A DNA stretch of 64,000 bases from Octopus sinensis (lineage: Eukaryota), in contig NC_043002.1 in NCBI RefSeq assembly GCF_006345805.1, forward strand, positions 101,556,001 to 101,620,000. The letters run 5' to 3'. The notes under the pieces are model-generated. The model was not told the DNA's origin. It did no database searches and saw only the letters and a list, made by a program, of their open reading frames with translations. Positions 13,297 through 27,520 of the stretch are shown here, in pieces (position 1 is the first letter of the stretch; every line of letters begins with the position of its first letter). A program made the position numbers and the translations under genes.

Positions 13297-14803
13297 ATGT
13301 ACGTTTGTATGTATCTATACATATGCATAAATGTTCACGTACTCGTCAATACAGACATGCACACACACACGCGCGTAATTAAAAGTTGTCTAGTACGATA
13401 TTGCTTCCGATAAACAGACAAATGGCCGCCCGTTTGACTGGCTTAACGTGATATCGTTTGTAAAAATACGTAAATCAAAACAGAACAATATATTATGATA
13501 TACTTATGTGCCTTAATATATTATGTCTTTCCGCTTATTCTGTAAAACGGTAAATTTTGCATTGATTTCTCTCGTTTCTTATTACTACTTTGGTAAGGAA
13601 ATTTTCATTAGATTAAGAATCGTTGGATGTAAATAATAGGATCTGTTAGCGGGACCTTCGTAATATTAATAAAAAGAAAATAGGATGTTTTGTCCAAGGC
13701 AATACACTCTCCCAACACAGGTTTTTGCGACTGCGTATTTAAACAAAAATATAAACCATGATGCATTCTTCCGTAAAAATTTGAAGACAATTTGTGCTCT
13801 GTGATATAGTGCATACAAAAAATTATGTAAAATGTGTGTGTGTGCTTGCACGCACTTTTACGCGTGTATTAAAAAAAAAAAAGAATGTTTAGAAAAATAT
13901 GCTACGAGTTTCAAACTTCTTGAAATAAGATTTAGTCATGCGGCAACGAAAGAGAACTTAAATTAAACAAAGGAGAATTTAAATTGATGTTTCATGATAT
14001 CATTTCTGAAAGTTAGCCTGATTTGCATTAAAAATTGACATGAAGCTTGTAATGAGTTTCCTTCTGATGGCTGCAAGGCCGTTGTAAATAGTAACAGCTT
14101 TGGCAAACCATTTCCTTTCAGCAAATGATGTTATTAAGATGTGCCTATTAGGAGTAGCAGCAGCAAAAGCAGTGACTCACGGAATAGCGGCTGAATCAGC
14201 CTCAAACCAAAATAAGCAGTAGCAGCTTAATCAGCAGGTATGGTTTTAGTGTTGGTGGTATAGGTAAAAGCCGTAGATGTAGTGGGAGTGTTGCAACAAC
14301 ATCAACTACATCAGCAATAGCAAACTTATTGGTTGTCGTTGTCCTTGCTGTAGTGTGTGATCGGTATTTGGCTACGAAACTTTTATCGTTCTGAGGCGTT
14401 GCTAATGTGTAGTATTTGGTGATTTGTTACCAACACATGTGGTTATATGTTTATGAAGTTCTATTTGTATGTATTCAGTTGTGAAAAACGTGTGATTGAT
14501 TTCTGCAGTGTCATGCGTTGTCTTAAGGATATAAGAGTTGGGCCAATGTAGTCTGTTCCACGCCCTGAGTATATAATTGCATAGATTAGGTTTTCAGATA
14601 CACAAGTGAAGTTCTTTTTTTCTTGTGAAGAATTGCCTATTTTTATTTTGAAGATTTGTACATGTATGTAAATGCACTGATAGGGTCCAATAAGTTTTCA
14701 CGAATCAAAACACCTGGCACATACTGGTTTCTTATTATTTATGTACACACACACACACACGTACACACCACACACACATATAATATAGATATATATATAT
14801 AAT

Positions 14804-14856
<53 letters not shown>

Positions 14857-15700
14857 AAACCAACTTCAGTAAGAATTTGATGTGCTGGAAATAATACTTA
14901 TTGCCAACTTAGTTTCAAAGGAACCATCTCTAGGGGAAGGGTATCATCCATTGAATCGAGCACAGACTACGCTACGCTTTTCACTGTTGTAGGTAGAGAA
15001 ACAGACTAAATACCTGATCAGAATAACTGCACCATAATGAACTTCGCTAAAAGCATTCAAAAGAAAAGTAGGTGCTGTCTTATGTCTGTTGATGTTCAGG
15101 TAAAATCCCCTGGGCGGACCTCAGTAAGTTTCTGTTTACCATTCCATTTACAAGGCTTCGGTTGGACTCAATTCTATAGAAGAATATCACTTCCCCTAAT
15201 TCCGGGCAATGGCATTAAGCTCAGTTTGACACCGTTGCATGGGTAACTTCTCAATCACATGGCCATGTCAGGTGCGTTCAAATCGATTTTGAGTCAACTT
15301 TGAAATTCTTGGTTCCTGGGTCCCTGAAATACATACCAGTAATACCGTAAATGTTTATTGTACCAAATAAGTTCTGCTACTTGAGAACAGTGGCCTAATG
15401 CCAATCTCTGATGAAATCATTATATTGGCAAGAAACCAGCAAAAATAAAGAATAGTCTGACATAGTTAATAATATTTCAAAAGCTCGCATAAAAGCAAAA
15501 AATTACAAGTTCCACACCGATACTAACCACACAGGTAGAGGATCAATATAAGGACAATGAACATCCGTCTCCTAATTTCCTGGACACAAATGCATCATTG
15601 ATCGTTGATCTATTTAACTGGATATATCTTTACTATTTCGATTGCTATTTTCCAGTTCAATAATTCACAAATTTAACTTACGCATGTTTACACACACACA

Positions 15701-15805
<105 letters not shown>

Positions 15806-17384
15806 ACATATGTATAAATGAGAGAAGGAGGCGCATTACTCATCAGATCTGATATTCTCTAATTATTCAGGAGAGTCGTAGAATTTAGCAAGGACTTGGA
15901 ACAGCAGCGTAAGATTGTCTTTTTGCGTGGTATGGAGAGGCTAGATCAAAGATTATCTGGCAGAAGACTTCTCCTCGGCTTCCTATTACAGGAATATATC
16001 AGTGTGGTCTATATATCTTTATACATATATGTATATATGTGTGCATGCGCGTGTGTTTGTGTATGTTTGTGCATGTGTGTGTGGACGTGAACGCACTGAA
16101 ATAAGTATACGTATATGCGTATACTTACATATATATGTATATATATATATATATTTACACCTTGAGAGTAAGACATTATTTGCTATTCACATAAAACTAT
16201 TGCTCATGAGCGTGCGCCATCTTATTTTTCTTTCACTTTCTCTTTGTATATACACGTGCATACATACACACGCTTGCACACGCATAGACATATATACATG
16301 AAAAATACGCAGACGCACACACGCAAGCATACGTGCACACACACATATATATATATTATATCCATGAAAATATATTCATGTATTTATACATACACACACA
16401 CACACATACATATATATGCACACACATATATTTACCTTATAATATACATAAATGGATCTATAGATATTTATACCTACACTTCTATACATATATAAATACG
16501 CTTATGCGTATGTACACGCATCCACACACTTTCACACACATACACAGATACATGCATAGAACCAAGCACGCGCACAAACACACATAACCGCATACACAAC
16601 ACACACACCACAATGAACAACAGCAATGGAGAGCTGAAGGTGCTGGATGTCATGTACAACAGAATTCAATTAATACTTACCATAATCTTGTATAAAATAA
16701 TGATTAAAATGTTTCATTTTGTTTCCTGAACTTCTGTGATTATTCTTGTTGTTGTTGCACTCGATCGTTGTACTTTTTTTTATTATTATATACCTTCTGT
16801 ATTTTTTTTATCATTTTGTTTAATAACTTATTTGTTTCTTTCTTGCTGTTTTTTAATCATTTGTTTCGTGGTTGTAACAATATTTGAGAAAAAAACTGGC
16901 GACAGAGGGAGAAAGCTAAAACACGAGTGGAGATATGAGGAAAACAGGAGAGGAACAAAGAAGAAGTAGGAGGAGAATACAAAGAAGAAGAAGGAGTAGA
17001 AAAAAGAAGAAAAAGAAAAGGATAAGCAGGAAAATAAAAAGAAAGGGACGGGGAGGAGGAGAAGGAGGTGGAAGAAGAAACGCAGGAGTCTAGAATATAC
17101 GAGGAGAAATGATGATGATTAAATCAGTCGGTAAATAAATGGAGATAGATAAGAGAACATTATTTGTGATGATCGAAGCTGCACATCAAAGATTCTTCCA
17201 TTCTATCAGCGTCAAAGATTCGTTAGAAACAAAATGGTTTATGATTTCTCTTAAGATTTTCAAATTTTCGCTTCCAATTCTACCAAAGCTTAAACTTACC
17301 TTTCAAGCCAAAATGGACGACATATCTAACAATCAATGGAGTAATGGGGACGACCCTATTGACTTAGCCTCCACCCTCTCAAAA

Positions 17385-17592
17385 TTGTTGATCTCTGTTA
17401 CAAGGCCTGACATTTGTGGGGAGGGGCTACTCGATTGCATCGAACTCCAGAGCTCAACAAGTATGTATTCCATAGAGTCCGAAATGTCGAAGCGTAATGT
17501 TGACTTCGGTGGAATTTGAACTTTAAAGACGGACGAAGCGCCGCTAAGCATTCTGTCCGGCATACAAATGCTTCTGTCCGTTCGCCACCTTA
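17385..17592 (-). mobile_element. Diverged family B SINE with alternative 3' tail
   Basis: Reverse complement gives aaggtggcgaacggacagaagc...aagttcaaattccaccgaagtcaac and the tail gatgcaatcgagtagcccctccccacaaatgtcaggccttg. Confidence 0.7.
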
Positions 17593-17659
17593 AAAGTTTC
17601 AAATTTTGATAAGGGGCAGCAGTTTTAGAGGGGAGGGGAAATGGATTTATTGGCTGCAG

Positions 17660-17830
17660 TACTTGATAGACAGTGGGGTCGATGTAAGCGCCTTCTTCCT
17701 CCTTTCGTCCTCTCCACCAGGACAGGGTGAACGGCAAAGTCGACCTCGGCAGAATTTGAACTCACAACGCAAGGACGGACGAAATGCCGCTATGCATTTT
17801 GTCTAGCGTGGGAATGCTTCTGCCACCTCA
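17660..17830 (-). mobile_element. Rearranged family B SINE fragments
   Basis: ggcaaagtcgacctcggcagaatttgaactc is the minus-strand 5' half; cagtggggtcgatgtaa nearby is in plus orientation. Confidence 0.6.
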
Positions 17831-17844
17831 CCCTCCACCCCTGA

Positions 17845-17864
17845 TAATAATGATGATGATGAAG

Positions 17865-17898
<34 letters not shown>

Positions 17899-17922
17899 GA
17901 AGAAGAAAAGAAGAAGAAGAAG

Positions 17923-17954
<32 letters not shown>

Positions 17955-18105
17955 GAGGAAGAAGAAGAAAAAGAGGAAGAAGATAAAGAAGAAGAAAAAG
18001 AAAAAGAAGAAAAGAAAAAGTAAAAAGAAAATAAGAAATAATAATAATAATAATAATAATAGAAGAAGAAGAAGAAGAAGAAGAAGAAGAAGAAGAAGAA
18101 GAAGA
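17845..18105. repeat. (TAA)n(GAA)n-(TAA)n(GAA)n compound microsatellite
   Basis: Direct reading. Confidence 0.95.
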
Positions 18106-18365
18106 ACCCGCAAAATATTTTAATCTGTAAACAGTATCAAAATAACTTTTAAATATACAAAATAACAAACACCTTTCCCTGTCATCTTAACATCACACGA
18201 TCATCTAGAATCAAATTATTTCCAGAACAAAACATCTAATTTTCTTATGTTTTCACAAATATTCTCTAGAACACTACTTTGTGCAAAACCAAAATATGGC
18301 ACCCTGGTCATAACACCGACTTGAACGGCTAACGTAGTAATAACAAAAATATATATTTTACTCCA

Positions 18366-18596
18366 AGGCGGCGAGCTGGCAGAACCGTTAGCACGCCGGG
18401 CGAAATGCGTAGCCGTATTTCGTCTGCCGTTACGTTCTGAGTTCAAATTCCGCCGAGGTCGACTTTGCCTTTCATCCTTTCGGGGTCGATAAATTAAGTA
18501 CCAGTTACGCACTTGGGTCGATGTAATCGACTTAATCCGTTTGTCTGTCCTTGTTTATCCCCTCTGTGTTTAGCCCCTTGTGGGTAGTAAATAAAT
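18366..18596 (+). mobile_element. Family B SINE, full length, 17-bp TSD
   Basis: TSD atatatattttactcca at 18349-18365 and 18597-18613. Confidence 0.93.
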
Positions 18597-18719
18597 ATAT
18601 ATATTTTACTCCAGCTTCAAAAGTTTCATCCTTCCCTCATATTTCTGTTCCTTTTGTTTTTATTACCCCTATGAAAACAGCTGGCACACTGGTTTTCATT
18701 TCCTCAATATTATCATTTT

Positions 18720-19000
18720 AAATTATTGAGTGAGAGAACAGTGCAAGCTATCAAAGTGACACCGAGGTAAAATATACGAAATCCGGTATACCTATCATGA
18801 CTACCAGTCTGACGAGTGTGCACCAGGCACATGCATCACTACCATATGTGCGCGACATGGTGACCTTATATCAAGATTAACAGCACACGATCTTGCAGGT
18901 GGAGCCCAGTTAGAATTTTCTGCAAGACTAGTAGCCCATGCCGCTCAAGAGGTCAATGAATAAGGGTTATTTAAGGATGTTGAACAAAACATCGATTTTC
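18720..19000 (-). mobile_element. Non-coding repeat, second copy of the 39770-40200 element (probable LINE 3' UTR)
   Basis: gagtgagagaacagtgcaagctatcaaagtgacac...cttgcaggt is the reverse complement of the 40030-40200 sequence; ends ctcactc|aataat. Confidence 0.8.
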
Positions 19001-19137
19001 CAAATGGGAATTATCCAAACCCCAAGACATTTCGCTATTTCCTCTCCTCAAGATTTCAGTCATGCTGCAACATTTCTTATCCTTCACTCGCCCCAGAGCA
19101 GAGTGAGTCTCGGCAAATGACATGCAGATTAAAAGTA

Positions 19138-19239
19138 AATAATAATAATAATAATAATAGTAAAAAAATAATAATAATGATAATAATAATAATAATAATA
19201 ATAAAAATAAAAATAATAATAATAGTAATGATGATAATG

Positions 19240-19288
<49 letters not shown>

Positions 19289-19290
19289 TG

Positions 19291-19346
<56 letters not shown>

Positions 19347-19370
19347 TAATAATAATAATAATGATGATAA

Positions 19371-19401
<31 letters not shown>

Positions 19402-19424
19402 AATGATGATATAATAATAAAAAT

Positions 19425-19471
<47 letters not shown>

Positions 19472-19505
19472 TAATAATAATAATGATAATAATAATAATA
19501 ATAAA
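19138..19505. repeat. (TAA)n array, 5' flank of the R4/Dong element
   Basis: Direct reading. Confidence 0.95.
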
Positions 19506-20660
19506 TATGGCTGTAAAGATCAACTAATGATCAATAAGGCGTTTGATACAAAAAAGGCGTTTGATAGCATCCCCCACACATGGATCCTCGAAACACTATA
19601 AAAAGGCGTTTGATAGCATCCCCCACACATGGATCCTCGAAACACTAGCCACTAACAAAGTAGCACCAAGAATTATAAAATACATAGGACACTCTATGAA
19701 TAAATGGCAAACAGTGCTACAGCACAAAACAAAAGAGGGACTCATGAAAACCAAAGCCATCCCCATTAGAAGGGGAATAATCCAGGGAGACACGCTCTCT
19801 TCACTCCTTTTCTGCTTGGCACTGTCACCTCTATCTGATATGCTAAATAGAACTGGATGCGGATATAAATGTTACGGCAAAACGATCAGCCACCTTTTAT
19901 ATATGGATGACCTAAAACTGTACGCTGCAAATGACAAACAGCTGGAAACACTATTAAAGACAGTTCATGGATTTACCAAAGAAATAGATATGAAATATGG
20001 ATTAGAAAAATGCGCCAAAGTAACCCTGCAAAGAGGAAAACTAGTTAAGAGTAGCAACATCACACTAGATAAAACCAATGAAATAAAAGAATTAGACCAA
20101 AGCCAAACTTACAAATACTTAGGAATCCATAAAATAGATAAGACACAACACACACAAATGAAAGAGAAAATAAAAAAAGAATATTATAGACGAGTTAGAT
20201 CAATACTAAAAACAGAGCTCAATGCTAAAAACAAGATAATAGGTATTAACACTTTAGCTGTCCCAGTTATAAGTTACAGTTACAATATCCTTAACTGGAC
20301 ACTAAATGAACTGACCAAAATAGATAGGAAAATAAGAAAAATAATGACAGGATCTAGGATGCATCACCCTAAAATCTGACATAGAAAGACTATATATACA
20401 ACGTATAGAAGGTGGTAGAGGCCTTATACAGCTGGAAAACTATTATAAAATAACCACCATAGGACTGCAAAAATATCTACTTCAGAAGGGAGGAAAACTG
20501 ATACAAATAGCGGCAAAACACGAGCAAAACAAAACACTGTTCTCAGTATTTAAGGAAGCTGACAAATACAAACAAGAAATCATACCACCCAACAAATATG
20601 AAGAAGAAGAAGAGAAGAAGAAGAAGAAGAAGAAGAAGAAGAAAGAAGAAGAAGAAGAAG

Positions 20661-20692
<32 letters not shown>

Positions 20693-21644
20693 GAAGAAGA
20701 AGATGAAGAAACAACAAAAGCTATAAAACAAATGGAATCCAAACTAAAACTAGAACAGCAAAGAACCATGATAAAACAATGGCAAGAAAAGCCCCTTCAT
20801 GGTAAATACTGGATTAAACTAAATGCAAAAGAAATAGACAAAGAAAAATCCCAGCAATGGTTGAGAAGCTCAGGACTCAAAGCAGAGACAGAGGGATTTT
20901 TAATTGCCGCACAAGACCAAAGCCTCCCCACCAGAAATTACCAAAAACATGTAATGAAAAGAAATATAACAAGTAACTGCAGAATATGTGGAGATTGTCA
21001 AGAAACAATAAATCATATTATCTCTGGCTGCTCAGTCCAGGCTAAGGAGGAATATATTCACAGACATGATAAAGTTGGGACCTACATACACTGGAAGCTA
21101 TGCCAACATTATGGAATAACAACAGAAAAAAGATGGTATAGGCACACACCAGAAAAGGTCACGGAAAACGAGAAAGCAACCATACTCTGGGATATGCCGA
21201 TACACACAGATAGAGAAATTAAGGCCAACAGACCAGATATAGTTGTCAGAGATCATGTAGTAAAAAAGTGCTTTCTAATTGATGTATCAATACCAACAGA
21301 TGACAACGTGCCTCGAAAAGAAATGGAGAAACTTTCAAAATACAAAGACCTGGAAATAGAGGTAACCAGAATGTGGAATCTAAAAACAGAAACAATTCCT
21401 ATCATAGTAGTTGCATTAGGCATGATAAAAAATTATTCAGACAAATATATAACAAAAACACCAGGACTTACAAACACATATAACATACAGAAAATTGCAC
21501 TACTAGTCACTGCACACATCCTACGCAGAACACTTTCCTTACAATAACCATCAGAGCATCACAACAAATCACAGCACATCCACAAGGCACACATAGCTGC
21601 GCTCGGTAGTGAAGTGAAGGCACGCTATAAAAATAAAACTACTG
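19506..21644 (+). mobile_element. 5'-truncated R4/Dong-clade non-LTR retrotransposon (family 1), RT + CCHC + restriction-like endonuclease
   Basis: KKAFDSIPH, RGIIQGDTLS, YMDDLKLYA, YKYLG, CRICGDCQETINHIISGC, RHDKV, RPDIVV..LIDVSIP..EKLSKYKDL. One +1 frameshift at ~20374 (cctaaaatctgac); frame 2 is then open from 20375 to the stop at 21547. 3' UTR ends actactg|aataat. Confidence 0.92.
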
Positions 21645-21681
21645 AATAATAATAATAATAATAATATTAATAATAATAATG

Positions 21682-21721
<40 letters not shown>

Positions 21722-21788
21722 CAATAATAATAATAATGATGATGATGATGATGATGATGATGATAATAATAATGATAATAATAAAAAC

Positions 21789-21823
<35 letters not shown>

Positions 21824-21872
21824 TAATAATAATAATAATAATGATAATAATAATAATGATAATAATAATAAC

Positions 21873-21927
<55 letters not shown>

Positions 21928-21940
21928 TAATAATAATAAT
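21645..21940. repeat. (TAA/TGA)n array, 3' flank or tail of the family 1 element
   Basis: Direct reading. Confidence 0.95.
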
Positions 21941-22580
21941 GAGCATAGCATTTTCATTGAGCACGCCTGTATATACGCGCTATTTTTGACATTCATCCAG
22001 TTGTAGCGCATCTCAACGTTATATAATCATCCAGTGTATGAAGGACATCGTTTGTGTTATATACCCCGGGTGTTGGGTAACGCCACAAGAATGTGTAGTT
22101 ACAGTAGTTACGAAGGAAAGATTTGTCGTAAGAACAAGAGCACCAGCGCCTCCACCAACAACAACAATAATCCTTCCTGGTCAATGGAAGTCAGTGAGTT
22201 GTTTATGCATGTAAATATCTAAGTACAGTACGATTCACTATAGTTTCAATCTCTCAAAGTTTACTGCTTGTCATTTCATCATCTCCAGGATATGGCTCTA
22301 AACACCGTAGCTTTGGCTCTTCGCATTGGACTCTAGCCCGGTATTAAATGATTCAGTAACGATCTAATTACACTGCATTGCTATAAACTACAAAGCCTGA
22401 TCTGATAAACAATATAAGAATATAAAAAACCAAAAAAACGTTTCTATACAAAAGTACAGAGCAATTTACAGTGGCAATTAGGAAGGCAATTAGGAAGAGA
22501 TCGATAAATTTATGTCACTCGTCATACTGCGCTGTATTAATATCACTTATTTTTCATAGTTTAGTTGTTTTCTCATAAAA

Positions 22581-22890
22581 TCTGGCCACGCTGGGGCACT
22601 GCCTCGTAGGGCAGGGCATTTAGTCAGACAAATCCACCCCAGTACATCCATTTTTTTTAAAGTTTGCAACTTATTCTATAGGTAACCCTTTGCCGAACCG
22701 CTAGGTTATGGCTGCATAAACAAATCAATATTGGAGGTCAAGACTGACTGGCACATACACTCACTCACATATGACACACAGTTTCAACCTTACATTGGTC
22801 ATACTGAGAGTGTAGTAGAAGACATTTTCCAAAGGTGCCATGCAGTGGGAACAAATCCAAGACGTTGCAGAGCGCGCTTCTGAATCACAG
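22581..22890 (-). mobile_element. Old family C SINE
   Basis: Degenerate blocks gccgaaccgctaggtta and gtagtagaagacattttccaaaggtgccatgcagtggga. Confidence 0.65.
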
Positions 22891-22929
22891 ATATTTTGAA
22901 GAGTTAAGAAACAACAACGTTTTACTTTC

Positions 22930-23182
22930 CCTTATGCGCCCTTTTAAAGCCTAGCCAGGCTCATGAGCCCGGTTTCCCGGTTTAAATGGCGTATGTGTTT
23001 CCCAACTGGACGGGACGCTAGTCCATCGCAGCGTTACTCATTTTTGCCAGCTGAGTGGACTGGAGCAACGTGAAATGTAGTGTGTATTGCTCAAGAACAC
23101 AACGCGTGGCCCGGTCCAGGAATCGAAACAACAGTCTTACGATCATGGTGCTGACACCCTAAATATTAAGCCACGTGCCTCC
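22930..23182 (-). mobile_element. Family A SINE with a different 3' tail
   Basis: Shares head and CORE-like block with 3579-3903 up to ggcaaaaatgagt, then continues aacgctgcgatggactagcgtcccgtccag instead. Confidence 0.85.
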
Positions 23183-23647
23183 ACAATCTTATCTTTAAAA
23201 GTAACATAAATAACAGTTTAAACATCATTGTTGAAAATAGGGGAATTTAGGAAGTAGTTTAAAAAAAGCATGAAATTGTAACCTCTATTGCCTGCAAACC
23301 TAAAATATCAACGTTAATACTAACATCCAGTTTATAATCTGAAACGGGGGTAAGCGCCGATGTTTTAAATACATTTGACACAAACTGAAGACTTCTCGAA
23401 GATGCTAAAACATTAAATCTCTAAATACTATTTTCGGAAAATGTTGCTCTATATTTTAATGAATTCCTCTTCCGATTGTTTTTTCTGTCTCCTGGTGATT
23501 TTGTAATGTTTATATCACGTCACGACTATAATTAACTTCATTAACTTAGTTAATCGCATTTCGTGATTTCTTTTGAGCCCAAAGCATACTAAACTCTAGC
23601 GCAATTTACGTACACATATGCATACATTCATATATATATACATACGT

Positions 23648-23679
<32 letters not shown>

Positions 23680-24440
23680 CAAAGTATGCACCAAAGTATG
23701 TACATTCATATCAATAGAAATGCATATGTGCGTGACGTATGTACGTGTGTGAGTGTGAGTGTGTGTGTACATGTGTGTAAGGGTTCCCTTGGAGTTCGGG
23801 TTACTCCGTAGTTGTACTTTCAATATCACAGTAATTTGTGGGAGATTTAGCTACTGCACTTAGGATTTAGGGAATCGAGACATCAGCTAAATAATTATCG
23901 CTGATTTGACAACAAAATTTTATTTTAAGAAACTGATGTAATGATTTCTGTTGCCGAGTTGAGTTTTACGTCATTTATTTTTCTCTTAGACTTTTGACAT
24001 ACAGCGGACATTTAGGCTGAATGTGTTATATCAATATTAATATAATCGTACCATATAAAGTGATAATTACGTATCACACCATTGAGAATGGAAATTAATT
24101 AATTCTATGTACGATTACGTTCCGAGCTTTGCTTTCGAATAATAACATTAATCCATATGCTCTGTGGAGTGTTATACAATTTCCTTTCTCACACTAATTG
24201 TCACATCTTTGTCAGGCGGGTTGTTATGGCTATTGGTGGATAAATTAAAGTTCGATATAAGTGGTTGTAAATATATGCGTGGTTATAGACATGCATGGTT
24301 ATAAAAGCGACGACAACAAACTAACTAAACATTTTGGAACATATATAAACGAAAATACGTAATCCATCGTGTACTTATTCTAATCTCGACGTTGTTTTAA
24401 AGCGAGACTAGAAACACTTTTAGATTTAATTGTTATATAC

Positions 24441-24762
24441 GCAGGAGTGGCTGTGTTGTAAGTAGCTTGCTTACCAACCACATGGGCAAGTGACTTGTGA
24501 GTGGATTTGGTAGACGGAAACTGAAAGAAGCCCTGTCGTGTATATGGATATATATATATGTGTGTGCGTTTGTGTGTCTGTGTTTGTCCTCCCAACATCC
24601 GATGCTGGTGTGTTCATGTCCCCGTAACTTAGCGGTTCGGCGAAAGAGACCGATAGAATAAGTACTAGGCTTACAAAGTCCTGGGGTTGATTTGCTCGAC
24701 TAAAGGTGGTGCTCCAGCATGGCCGCAGTCAAATGACTGAAACAAGTAAAAGAGTGAAGAGT
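24441..24762 (+). mobile_element. Family C SINE with internal deletion removing the B box
   Basis: caaccacatgggcaagtgacttgtgag joins the head directly to the post-CORE region. Confidence 0.9.
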
Positions 24763-26029
24763 ATACGTGCCACAAAATATTCTCAATTGTTCTATCAGAT
24801 TTCCAAAATCTTTTAAAGGATATAATCCAGCAGTTAATCTATATATAAGCGGCTTCGCTTAAAGAAGTTGAGAAATTTTAATTATCTCAAAGTTGGCCAC
24901 AGGTAGTTAGTTGAATATTGAAATCGTTCTGATATCAGAAGTGCCTGTTATCTTTAAGATTTGTAAACTTTAAATTGCGTTAAAACAAAAATTGCTTTAA
25001 AACAAAAATACAAATGTATGCGAATTGATAAGATAATTTTACGGACGGAGAGTTTAGCCAAATTCAGAAGAAAAAGTATTGGTTAATGACTTTGTAATCG
25101 ATTTTGATAAATATATTACTCAGAACTGGTTTCTAAAGTACAGTTTAGTTTGTGACTCCATGATACAGAGGTGCCACGATTTTGACAATGGTAAACTTCA
25201 TCGTGTCTACATGAGAATGCCTGTATATATCACAACTATTAGGTACATCACGCCACCGAATTTATAGATCTCTTGTAATTTCCCCAATATGCTTGTGGTA
25301 TATTGAAACTCATACCAAACCATTCACTATGGCAGCAATTTCTCGTCGTAGACGCATGGGGAGAAATCACCAAAATCAGCTCGGAGTGCCACCTACCCAG
25401 ACTATGAGAGGTAAGCATTTCGGAGTACTTGTCCCATCATCAGTCATAAATACCAGACAGGGAGCGCTGCGAGCTCATTTCAGTTTCTTTACAACATTTG
25501 CCTACTGGGAGAAATTTTCTCCATGACAGAAGAAAATCGATGACTTTCTTACGGTTTTGAATATGACCCAAAGCATATTTTAACTTGTAATAACCTTATT
25601 ATTTTCACAATCTCTCTCTCTCTCTCCCCCTCTCTCTCTCTCTCTCTCTCTGTATATATATATATACATATATACATTCATACATACATACATATCTATG
25701 TATATATATATATATATATATACGTTTAAAAATTTGTTGTGCAAGATTTTTTATGTGAGGTCGTGTGCTGAAACAGATATTGTTATAGTTCGGAATGGTC
25801 ATTTTGCCAGTTTAGCCAATAAAAACACACGCACTATATATTTGGTGTTATTTATTTTTTACATTAATCTTAATCTTATTTCGGCTAGAGTTCTTTCGTC
25901 ACACTCCTGTGACCGCATCAGTGGTCCTTTGTTTTCTTCTCACTTATTTGTGTCTCTCCTTACTAACCATATATATATATAGTGTTTGTGTGTGTGTATG
26001 TGTGCGTGTGCGTGTGTATCCCAAATTAA

Positions 26030-26405
26030 TATACCTTTTACTTGTTTGATTATTGGATTGCAGCAATGCTCTGTCTGCACATCAAAGGCTTTAGTCGAAG
26101 GAATCGGCGCCGTAAACATGTTTAGCATTTGTTCGATCGAGATCTTTTGCACCACCGCATGTGTAAGATGACGCAAAGAAGCTGATACCGGTTGTCACGT
26201 GCTACCGGAGGACAAATCACATACACAAGCACCTAAGTACTCGGTCTTGCACACAATTTCCATGTAAAAAATTATCTCAGGGTGTCAAGGTTTTAGTCAT
26301 CGCGGGGTTATGATAGGTGACAGTTGCCCAAGGAGTTGCGTGGTGAGATAGAATCCGAAAGAATATGGTTGGAAAGCTGGCTCATTGGACACTTTAGCCA
26401 GCCAC
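26030..26405 (-). mobile_element. Very old family C SINE
   Basis: ttttacttgttt, gctttagtcga, ccggttgtca and gttgcccaagg blocks in the expected order. Confidence 0.55.
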
Positions 26406-26439
26406 ACAGTTATTCTTACCCCTATATAGCAATATATGC

Positions 26440-26480
<41 letters not shown>

Positions 26481-26515
26481 AATATATATGTATATACATA
26501 TATTTATATATATAT

Positions 26516-26600
<85 letters not shown>

Positions 26601-26874
26601 CATATCTATATATACTATTGAGACTCTACAGTCATAGATAGGTCTATTACATTTCGCTTTAATGACATTGCCAAGTGGGAATGGTTTTACGTTGCGAAAG
26701 CGAAACACATCACGCCTACACATCACCGCCACCCCCACCCCCTATGCATTGCCACATCGATGCCCCCTTCGTAAACCTACCACGTCATCTTGAACACAAT
26801 AAACCCAATACAAATTAAAGAATAAAATAGAAAAAATACAACGTGAATAAAGCAACCAGAAATCAATACACACT

Positions 26875-26936
<62 letters not shown>

Positions 26937-27087
26937 ATATATATATACATATACATATATATATATATATATATATTTGTGTGTGTGTGTGTGTGTGTAA
27001 ACAAAACAAAACAAAACAAAAGAATTCATATTTTCGTAATCGGTGAACCGTGTAAAATATTATTGAATTCCTGCCGGAGCTATATAG

Positions 27088-27134
27088 TAATAACAATAGC
27101 AATAATGATAATAATAATAATAGTAATAATAATG

Positions 27135-27179
<45 letters not shown>

Positions 27180-27520
27180 TAATAATAATAATAATAGTAA
27201 TAATAATAATAATAATAATAGTAATAATAGTAATGATAATAATGATAATAATAATAACAATAATGATGCTGATGATGATGATGATGATGATGATAACGAT
27301 GATAATAATAATAATAATAATATTAATAACAATAATAATAATAATAATATAATAATAATGATAATAATGATAATAATAATAATAGTAATAATAATAATGC
27401 TAATAATGATAATAATAATAATAATAATAATAGTAATAATAATAATGATAATAATGATAGTAATAATAATAATAATGATAATAATAATAATGATAATAAT
27501 AAGGATGATGATGATTTTTA
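27088..27520. repeat. (TAA/TGA)n array
   Basis: Direct reading. Confidence 0.95.

Noticed and set aside
14990-15130. Candidate exon between ttgtag and gtaagt
   Set aside because: Stops in all three frames; a non-coding exon cannot be excluded but is unsupported without RNA data.
17139-17519. 126-aa ORF as a host exon
   Set aside because: Its 3' third is a minus-strand family B SINE; no recognisable domain, and only an isolated GTAAGT on the minus strand near 17300.
21940-22170. Additional LINE 3' ends after TAA arrays here and at 27520-27640
   Set aside because: Tail-like endings are present but there is no second copy or clear protein motif in the window.
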